Assembly (NCBI GenBank): GCA_030265395.1
Contig: JARFYF010000002.1
Coordinates: 51,963,238 to 52,027,237, forward strand
Direction of reading: 5' to 3'
Length of the DNA: 64,000 nt
Source: Rhina ancylostomus
Lineage: Eukaryota
Of this stretch, positions 54,660 to 64,000 are shown in pieces. The position numbers were made by a program, and so were the translations under genes. The first letter of the stretch is position 1, and every line of letters begins with the position of its first letter. A model generated the notes under the pieces. That model saw only the letters and a program-made list of their open reading frames with translations. It did no database searches and was not told the DNA's origin.

Positions 54660-55070
54660 CCAGTAATCTTCCCTTTTGTATAATTTCTTTCAGTTTGTCG
54701 AAGACAATATTACAGTAGTTTTATGGTTGTGCCTGATCATTATATTTCAGTTAATGCACCCCAAAGTCTCTTTGTACTCTGAGAAGTTTTAACGTTTTCA
54801 AAATACTTTGTGTATTTTATGGCTCAAAATAGATCACCTCACAATTCCTTTGAAATCTAGCTGGCACAGTTTCATTATTCCCTTAATTTGTCTTCTGTAT
54901 CTAACAATTCTCCTGATTGTCTCAACGGTTTTCTTTGAATTCTAGGAGCTTTAATTTTACTCAATAGTTTCTTAAAAGGCAGCATACTGGATGCCTTCTG
55001 GAAGTCCATATAAAGTGCATCCATTGACATTTGCCTACTTCCACATTGGATAAAATCTGTTCTTTCCAAA
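54660..55070 (-). mobile_element. Old CR1 RT remnant
   Basis: The minus-strand ORF reads MDALYMDFQKASSMLPFKKLLSKIKA, a decayed YMDFQKAFDKVPH motif. Confidence 0.7.
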
Positions 55071-55645
55071 TTAATGTTTACTTACTCTATTTGTTCAAGT
55101 ATCTAATTGGCGATATCTGTAAACTAAATATCAATTGCATTCATGAAAATATCATAACTATTGTTTTCCCCCAAACAGATATTAAGGTATAGAGGTTATA
55201 TGTATTCTGATTGTATCACATAAAATACTGTCTATTCATCAATGTTATGTAAAAAATATCTGTCAGTCGTCCATGAATTATATCTTATTGCAGTAGTGTT
55301 CAGTCTGCTCCCATTGAAGGATGTGGTAGTGTATGTTCTATCTCAGAAGCAGTTAAATTAAGTGTCCACCATTTATAATACCTGGATCAAACTCTCAATC
55401 AGTTTAGTTACTGAACCAGAGACGGGTGCACTTCAAAAACATAGAGCTCAAATGGACCATGTAAAAGGAAGATTGGTCACTCTGTGGCCCAAAGAATTAT
55501 CTACTGCATCAAGATGAATGCTGTCAGAATGCTTCGAAAAGCTCTGACTCATGAAATCTGGAGTCAAGAGTGAGATTTTCATCCATCACACTTTTTGTAC
55601 AATATTTTAAACATGAAGTGTCACAATTTCATTTCAATCTTTCAC

Positions 55646-55858
55646 CTCTCTACACAGTCCGAAAGACGAGAGCAGTGGTTTGAAGCAGGAGCATCGTGGC
55701 CTCCAACTGCGTAAAGGAAACCATCGCACGTTGCCACCCCCACACCTCCTCTTCTCTTGGACATGGGTGTACACATACTCCACTTATTGGTGTGTGGATC
55801 GTAGCACTCTATAGATTTGAGGCAAGCACTTCCATCTCGACCCCCGACAGCGTACAAC
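55646..55858 (-). CDS. Isolated kelch-repeat exon of a KLHL1/KLHL4/KLHL5-subfamily gene (most like KLHL1/KLHL4), 213 bp, phase 2-2
   Basis: [71 protein letters not shown] with no stops or frameshifts. Acceptor cttttgtcaacag|G, donor GAGAG|gtgaaa. I saw no other kelch exon in the window. Confidence 0.85.
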
Positions 55859-56854
55859 CTGTTGACAAAAGATGCTCAGTGAATCGATGTTATGGCATCA
55901 ACAATGCTGAAACTAAAATCACAGAACGTGGAGTCTTACGACACAATTGCTTCTGTCAGCTCTTTGAAAGAATTATACTATTAGCCTCGCTCTGAATCTT
56001 CTACCCCTTAACTTAAACCTACAGCCTCTGGCCATTGATGTTTCTGCTAAGGGGGGAAGCATTTCTCACTATGTACCATGTCTATGCCTCTCATAATTTT
56101 GTATACTTCAATAGAACCCCCTCCTCCTTCTCCACTCCAAAGATAACAAATTAAACCTCTCCTCATTGCTGCAATGTTATCTTCAATGCCTTCCAGTTCA
56201 TCTCCAAAATTACTATTGAATCAGCTCGGAATACATGATATTGGAGCAGGAGTAGACCATAAAGCCTTTCAGTTTTCTCCATCGTTCAATAAGAAGGTGG
56301 CTGATATTTGCTTTGACTTCAATTCCATTTTGCTGCCAGATCCCTACAACCCTCTGATCCAAACACCTACACATCTAAGTCCTGAACATAACAGTTCCCT
56401 GGTTAGATAGAAAATTTGAAAGATTCACAACCTTCTTCAGAAGAAGTTCCTCCTTGTCTCTGTCTGAAATGGCTATTCCTTTGTCGTGAGATTGTACCCC
56501 TTAGTTCTGAATTTCTCCAACAAAGACCTCACCATCCATCTTGTTAAACCCCTTCAGATTCGTGCTTTAGCAAGATCACCCAAATTCCAGCGGTTATCAG
56601 ACCAATTAACTCAATCTTTGACCATAAAACAATTCCTCCATCCCAGGAATGAATCCCAGGAATCACTCTAGCATCTAATACTGGTGGATTTCAGGAAGTA
56701 ATAATCCATTGCATAATAAAAAATACTCCAAAGGATAGTTTGTCATAATCTTTGTCCTCTGATTACTACACTGCCTACTATTGCGTGTGCTTTACTCTCA
56801 CTGAACACCCTATTAAAGTACCTTCTCCTTTTTAAAGAGAAAATTCAGCTCTGT

Positions 56855-57285
56855 TTTCTGGAGACGGTGCAGAGAAGATTCACCTGGATGTCACCTGGGA
56901 TGAAGGCATTTCAGTGATGAGGAGAGACTCGAGAGGCTCAGTTTGTTTTCTTTGGAGTGGGGAAGAATGAGGGGGCTCTGTTGAGGTACACAAAATTTAT
57001 GAGGGGCATAGACAGGGTACATAGTGAGAACCTTTTCCCCCTTGGTCAATGACCAGAGGCTATACGTTTAAGGTACGGGACAGAAGATTTAGAGGGGATT
57101 TGGGGAAGAAATTTCTCACCCTGAGGTTGGATGAAATCTGGAACATAGCACCCAAGGTGAAGGCACAACATTTGACAAGTATTTTGATGAACACTTATAG
57201 CACCGTGGCATAGGTTTGGTTTCGAAAAGTATTTGATGGTAGACACTGAGGTGCTGGTCCGAAGGATTTGTTTCAATGCTACATT
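56855..57285 (+). mobile_element. Old CR1 LINE 3' portion
   Basis: ctggagacggtgcagagaagattcacctggatg ... aatgaccagaggctatacgtttaaggt. Confidence 0.75.
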
Positions 57286-57623
57286 TCATTTTAATTTGTT
57301 CAAGGGATGTGGGCTATGCAGGTTGAGCCAGCAATTAATTGCTCACCCTGAATTGCTCTTGAGAAGGTGGTGGTGAGCTACCTTCTTGAACCACTGCAGT
57401 CCTTGAAGTGTGGGTGTACCCACAATGTTGATAGGGAAAGAGTTCCAGGATTTTGCACAGTACAGTATGGCACGGTAGTGTCGTGGTTAGTTTTCTGTCT
57501 CAAGTACTTGTCTGTTCTCTTTTGAATGCCATGATTGAATCCACCTCCACTACCAGTGCCTATCAGATCCTAACCATTGGTGCTTACAAAAAATATTCTC
57601 ATGGCATTTCTTTGGCTCCTTAC

Positions 57624-57893
57624 AGGGACAGTAGTGTAGCGGTTAGTGTAACGCTATTACAGCGCCAGCGACCAGGGTTCAATTCTGGCCGCTGTCTGTT
57701 AGGAGTTTGTATGTTCTCCCTGTGTCTGCGTGGGTTTCCTCCGGGTGCTCTGGTTTCCTCCCACATTCCAAAGGCATACAGGTCAGGAAGTTGTTGGCGT
57801 GCTATGTTGGCGCCGGAAGCGTGGTGACACTTGTGGGCTGATTCCAGAACACTCCACGCAAAAGGTGCATTTCACTAGGTGTTTCAATGTACA
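57624..57893 (+). mobile_element. V-SINE (HE1-like) lacking its extreme 3' tail
   Basis: gtagtgtagcggttagtgtaacgctattacagcgccagcgaccagggttcaattc ... tgtttcaatgtacat. Confidence 0.9.
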
Positions 57894-58010
57894 TAAGAGT
57901 TGTGGACACAGCCCAGTGCATCACAGAGACCAACCTCCCCTCCATGGACTCTGTCTTTACCTCTCGCTGCCTTGGTGAAGCAGCCAGCATAATCAAAGAC
58001 CCCACCCACC
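57894..58010 (+). mobile_element. Rex1/Babar-like LINE C-terminal fragment
   Basis: RVVDTAQCITETNLPSMDSVFTSRCLGEAASIIKDPTHP resembles the C-terminal region of Rex-Babar ORFs. Confidence 0.7.
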
Positions 58011-58110
58011 NNNNNNNNNNNNNNNNNNNNNNNNNNNNNNNNNNNNNNNNNNNNNNNNNNNNNNNNNNNNNNNNNNNNNNNNNNNNNNNNNNNNNNNNNN
58101 NNNNNNNNNN

Positions 58111-58186
58111 GCCTGGCCTGCTGAGTTCCTCCAGCATCATCGTGTTTTTCATCTAGATTCCAGCATCTGCAGTCCTTTGTTTCTCT
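58111..58186 (+). mobile_element. End of a Penelope terminal repeat, after the gap
   Basis: The first 42 bp are identical to 54524-54565; it continues ctagattccagcatctgcagtcctttgtttctc. Confidence 0.75.
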
Positions 58187-58492
58187 TATCTCTCTTTTAA
58201 AAATTAATCATTATTCCATCACAGTCATTCAGCTTTATAAGAAACATGAGGCTGAACATGTAAAATACAAAAAAAATTGCACTTGCCAACAACTTGACTG
58301 TTCACTTTTTGGATCGTGTTTCCAAAAGTTCCTTATAAAATAAGTCTAAGCGAATTTTATGCAATCATTTACATGGAGAAGGTTTGCCATAAAAATGATA
58401 AGCTCTTTTTCCATTTCAAGTAGAGGTCACTAATATAAATTATAAGGTACATGGAACTTTTGGAACCATGTTAATTAATGGGGATATCTTGG

Positions 58493-59045
58493 GGTTAGGC
58501 CACATTGGAATATTGTGTTTGATTTTGGTCACTGCTATTGCAAAGTTGCCATTAAGCTAGAAAGAGTGCAGAGGAGATTTATGAGAATGTTGCTGACACT
58601 CAAAGGAATGAGTTATGGAGAGAGGTTGAACAGGCTGGAACTGTATTCATTGGAGTGTAGGGGAATGAGGGGTGATATTATTGAGGTATATAAAATCATG
58701 AGGGGCATTGATAGGGTGAATGCACACAGTCTTTTTCTCAGGGTTAGGGAATCAAGAACTAAAGCTCATAGGTTTAGGGTGAGAGAGGAGAGATTTAATA
58801 GGAATCTGAGGGGCAACTTTTTCACCCAGAGGGTGGTCCATATATGGAATGAGCTGACAGAGGAAGTGGTTGAGGCAGGTATAGTAAGAACATTTAAAGG
58901 ACAAGTGGACAGGTACATGGATAGGAAAGGCTTAGAGAGATATGGGCCAAATGCAGGCAATTGGGACTAGCTTAGATGGGAATCTTGGTCGGCATGGACC
59001 ACTTGGGCTGAAATGCCTGTTTCTGTGCTGTATGACTCTATTACT
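58493..59045 (+). mobile_element. CR1 LINE ORF2 C-terminus and 3'UTR
   Basis: KLERVQRRFMRML...RGDIIEVYKIMRGIDRV...FFTQRVVHIWNEL...YGPNAGNWD*, with tail gtgctgtatgactcta. Confidence 0.92.
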
Positions 59046-62000
59046 GTGGATTCCCATAGATTTTTCTTCCTAAACCTATTCTTTAAGACTCTCTTTTATA
59101 ATCCTCTTTAACTAAGGTTATAGTTACTCCTCCAAATCTTTTCCTTGTTTGCTTGATATTCCATCTTATGACTCTGAAACATCTTAAGATATTTCTTTTG
59201 TTTATAGTACTTTAGAAATGCTTGGAGTTGTAGTTGCTTTTCTCCTCTCTATCTTCTGCTTTCTTTCCCTGTAGATGTATGAGGATATGGTCAGATGTTG
59301 AATCTGAAGTTGATTGTTAAGGTGCATCATACAGATAAAGAAAAGAGAGGCCTGGATTGTAATTCTAGAAGATTCCAGAGATAACAATGTGAGTTGGAAA
59401 GAGAAACTACTGTTGCAGATGTTTTACCTATGATTAGTGAGACAGATCAAATTGATAGATCAAAAAAGAGAGGGATCAAATTGGGACAAGTCCATTTATT
59501 TGGACAATGAAATAGAAACATTGAATGGGGATAGATGGTGATCATATCAGAGGTAGCAGAGAAATCCAGGGAGCTGAGTAGTGTGGTGCTGAATTATAAT
59601 TGCTGTAGTTACAAAGGATTTTACTTTGGAAAGGTAACCATGGCTTAAGAGGAAAGATGCTTAAAGAGGCATCATAATAATGCAGAGACGGAATTTGATT
59701 TGTGAGTCTTGTGGGGAGGGGCAGGAGTGGAATGGAAGGGGCTGGAGTAAATCCCAGAGGAGCGTGTAGATTGATGTGGGATTGGAAGATGTGAGTGATG
59801 AAAAATAGAAGAGGTAGATGCAGGTGGCCTTTACCAGTTGAGTCAGTAGGAGTGGATGATCTATATATCTTGGCAAGAGTGAAGCATAGTTTCATATACA
59901 GGAGAGTAAGTGTTGGAACAGTAAACTATTAATAAAGGGCTCAAGAACAAGCCTACTGTTGTACCATAGTCTTGTGTTTCTTCTTGTTTTCTCTATAAAT
60001 TCCAAATAAATCACATACTACCTCCAGTCTCCACTCCTGCCATTGAGAAATAAAAACCTGTTGTGCTGTGCAGAATCTTACTCAGTTATGTTGTATNNNN
60101 NNNNNNNNNNNNNNNNNNNNNNNNNNNNNNNNNNNNNNNNNNNNNNNNNNNNNNNNNNNNNNNNNNNNNNNNNNNNNNNNNNNNNNNNNNNNNNNNATGT
60201 TGTATGTTTACACTATAAATATTTGAAATTCAAATTTGGTGTCAACTCATCACTGCCCTTGATTTGTGTTGTTTTCCCTTTTATCTTCTTAAACTGTTGT
60301 GAAATTCAGAACTATGGGTGTGGCTTCATTAAGTATCTTAATTTATAAAAAGTGAGATTTACAAACAACTGTGAAGACTGAATATTTTGCTTCAATGCAT
60401 ACTGATTTATACTGAAGTAATAGATTGGGGTATATGGTAGCATTTTATCCCTTGGGCTGAAAGATTACAGGTTCAAATTCATCAGTGGACTTGAGCATAA
60501 AGTCTACACTGGAAATTGGTATCTCACAAACTTCAAGTACAGATGGTGTTTTCCTTCTCTGGTGGGCATAAGCACTCTTGTTACCTTATTTTACTAATAT
60601 ATTAGTCAATATTTTTTTAACCAGTTCTTATGATCAGATTGGTTATTTATTTTGCATTTTGGGGGGTCCTTGCTGCTTGATAGCTTCAATAATAATTGTT
60701 TTGAAAACACAGTCCCAACAACCTAATTTGCTAATAAATGAATGAAATGTCTTTCGACTGCATGTGTTGGCAATAATTATCATACTGAATTGAAAATCTA
60801 AGAGGAAGTTTGCCATTCATTTTGATGCTGCACACCTTGCAAAAAATTTCACATGGAAATAAAGTTGTTCTGAATTTAAACTTTGATTCTAGAATATGAT
60901 TTTTTTATTTTGGATATTTAATTCAAATACAATTAACTTACAAGCCATGTGCATATTATGAATCAACAGTAAAATAATAACTAATTAAATTTAAAAGAGA
61001 TGGTTAATCATGTAACTCTTTGCGCCATACATTGCATTCTGTACATCATATACAACCATTCATGTGGATACATTGTAATTCTCAAGTATACCTTAAAAAG
61101 CCAGCAGTCTGTTTTTAGGATGATTTAAAATGCTTTGGACTAAATGAAATATTTGAAATGTAATCTGATTAGGCAGTCATTTAAACAAAAAAAAAACCCT
61201 GAGTTAGTGCTTTTTGTTATATAGAAGGTACTCTGTGCTCTGTTAAATGTACTGTGGAGAGGATGAAAATTTTTAATAACAGGAAGATGCTATTCCTTAT
61301 TAAATAGGCTTAAGGATTCTTGGTGGCCATTGAGATCCTGGTCATTCACCATGGCTGCACAAAGAATTTGCATTTCCATTTCTACTGTTGGTAGTTTACA
61401 GTACCAATTCTGTAACTTGGGTGTTTAATTCTATATACCTTTTTGTTTTAACTATATGAGTGAGTACAGCTTTGGTTGTTCTCTCCCTGCCCTCTACTCC
61501 TGCAGAGCATATTATGGACTTGTCACATGAAGTTGATATCAAACTGAAAGTTACCAGAAAGCCAGTCAGAAGGGGGAGAAAAGAGAGGAAAGGGAAACCT
61601 GAGCTGTTATGGAAGTTGAACAGAATGGTGAGAAATACTTCTGGTAGGAGCATTATTAAAGATTAAACAGCAGATTTCTGGGTGTGCCTATGGCAAGGTT
61701 GTAAGGATANNNNNNNNNNNNNNNTGTAATAGAGAAGTAAAAAGAATGAAAAACAGAGCTAAGGACAAAGCTGGAGGTGAAATTGTTACAGAAGACACAG
61801 GCAACTGTGGAAAAGAGAAGGTTTAAAGTCTGAGTGTGTGGGTGTGAGTCGGATAGGCGAGGGATGATTATTTCCCAGGTTAAAAGCAACATTTGGGGGA
61901 TCTTCACTTGTCAGAAACATGGGTGAAAAGAAGGAAATGAAAAAGTGTTCTGAAAGATTTGTGATTGAGACTGTGCCCATTTTCGCACTGTCCTGTTGCA

Positions 62001-62634
62001 AATTTTGCATTGTCAGATATTCCTTCAGTTTTAGTATCACCATTCTCTCCTATGAGCAGATTCTGTGGTCCCTTTCACCATTTTAGTCTTATTGCTTGGT
62101 ATTTCTCAAATGATAACTTGATCTGAAGGTTGCATTAATAAAATCATTTGTTGTATGAATTCTTTGGAAAAGGCTAGTTATATGCTAGCATATTTACAAG
62201 TAATATATAGCTAGAATAATGTTCTTTGCAAATTTCAATTGCAAATTTCAATCTATTTCAGAATAATTCATAACAGAAATTACCAATGAATGGTACCACT
62301 ATCCAAGCTAGAGGGTTAAATTCCTTTAAACTACTGACCCTAGCAGTTAGTGCTAACCTTAATAAAAGGGTGCTTTCCCGTTGTTTAAGACTTCATCAGA
62401 CTTTCTACTTCTTTCTAGTTACATGATTTCCAAGATTTTGTGGATAAGATCTAATTTGGATTTCAAGAAGATTTTGTGGATGCAATCTCTTGTGAATTGC
62501 ACTTATCCTAAGAGAAATAACTTCATGTACATTGCCAGGGAAAGTTGTCAAAAACACTTTGGAAACTCAGCAAAAAGCAGTTTGGAAAGTTGTCATCTAT
62601 GGCTCATTTTGGAATGCTCTTATCTCTGAGTTAC

Positions 62635-63000
62635 TAAATATGGGTTCAAGTCTCACTCCTGAAATTTAAGCACAAGAATATAGGCTGTCATTCATATGCA
62701 GTGAATGATGACTGTATTGTCAGAAATGCTGTCTCTCAGAGAAGATATTAAACCAAGGCCACATGTACCCTCTCAGCTGGATGTAAAATATGGTATGCCA
62801 TTCTTCAGAAAAAGAACAAGGAAATTATCCCTGACCAATCTTTTATCCCTCAGTGAGCATCACTAAAACGTAAAGCAAATTGTTGTGGCAGGAGCTTCTG
62901 GTGCACAAAGTGGAGTCAATTTTTCAATATTACTGGAGCCACCATGTCAAAAAGAAAGTAATGGTCATAAGGATGCCTTGAAAAATGCTTTTACAATGAA
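62635..63000 (+). mobile_element. Deu-domain SINE (SacSINE1-like)
   Basis: tgggttcaagtctcactcc ... gatattaaaccaaggcc ... ccctctcagctggatgtaaaa ... tttatccctcagtgagcatcactaaaac. Confidence 0.72.
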
Positions 63001-64000
63001 ACTCTCATTTCATTATTGTGAGGTTGCAGAGTGGATGCATGTGGGTTGGGTTTAGAGTGAGGGTAAATTTAACAAAAACTAAGTAATCGCAGGAGTACAA
63101 GTTAAAATGCAGATCATGCCTTCAATGTTAGTTAGTTGATTCATGCAGAGAAAAGAGCCTAAAGGGGGAATTCTGTAGGGCTCTGATGGCCAATACTTGA
63201 GAAAAGTGGCAAGGGATGAGGTGTTGAAAATTAGAGAAATAGAAGACACGGGAGATGAGCAGTATTGCACTTGAACTGCTGGACATGTAACTGCTGCAGA
63301 AGTTTGAAAAGGCCATATGGTATATTTTTTTAAAAGTCATCAAGGACATGGGGATGGAACTTTGGGCTATATAGGAACTGCCTTCATGGAATGGGTGGAG
63401 AAAATTGTGTTCTGGCGGTATATGGAAAGATAGGAAGGAATATAAGATGGGGAGGCGCAAGAAAGGAGGTCAAAGAATAGGAGAATGCAGTCTAGGGTAT
63501 TGATGCTTACGGAAGCATAATTTATTACCTAGAAGAATGAGTGAAGTTGTTTAGAATCAGAACATTTCTACCTTTTATATTCTTGTACAATTGGCATAAT
63601 GATGCATCCATTTTTAAAATGAGTAATTTGGTATTATACCCTGGTCTTTCAATGAATCACCAAACTGATATTTTTGGAAGTTATGCTTGAAGAACAAAAT
63701 GTAATGCATGCGATGTCATATCATTTTAAGATAATAGCATTTTGAGAACTACAATAAAATGAAACTGCTATCAAAAGATAACTACAGCAGAGACATGTAT
63801 TGAAGATACAGTATACTGGGCTGTTTTCTAAAATATAAAATTGGTGCAAAACTTTGACAGAGTGATACTTGCATTAGGAACCTTGAAAGTTAATAGTTTA
63901 ACATTACTGAATTTAAAAAAAATGTATAATAAGATGCAAAGGAATCCTATTAAAACTTTGTTGCTAAAGGTATCCTTTAAAATTTTAATATAATATTTTC

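Noticed and set aside
55696-55995. Plus-strand ORF annotated MASNCVKET..., resembling the RUNX P1 start MASNS
   Set aside because: It is on the wrong strand for RUNX2, starts at GTG, has no similarity beyond four residues, and is the antisense of the kelch exon.
47700-64000. Search for the RUNX2 P1 exon and the next SUPT3H exon (YSLGDARRP...)
   Set aside because: Not seen by eye; probably outside the window.

Overview
AT-rich, CpG-depleted vertebrate genomic DNA from a gapped draft assembly. The repeat content (HE1-like V-SINEs, Deu-SINEs, CR1, Penelope) suggests a cartilaginous fish, probably a ray; this is an inference. The window holds part of the interleaved RUNX2/SUPT3H locus. On the minus strand are the RUNX2 P2 (MRIPV) first coding exon (28417-28722) and the next two Runt-domain exons (27381-27537, 157 bp; 18206-18310, 105 bp). 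I did not find the later RUNX2 exons or the P1 (MASNS) exon in the window. On the plus strand are a CpG-rich promoter with ZNF143-type, CCAAT and GC boxes at about 30.4-30.8 kb (probable SUPT3H TSS and non-coding exon 1) and the first SUPT3H coding exon (47577-47686). The main oddities are: (1) an intact, splice-site-flanked 213-bp KLHL1/KLHL4-type kelch exon stranded in this intronic region, inside a 3.5-kb block bracketed by an identical 42-bp repeat segment; (2) a near-intact minimal hammerhead ribozyme in a Penelope-derived repeat, plus decayed copies in short inverted-repeat elements; (3) RUNX2 P2 and the putative SUPT3H promoter sharing one roughly 4-kb CpG domain. Most ORFs in the supplied track are spurious or decayed retroelement fragments. 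Repeat coordinates are approximate.
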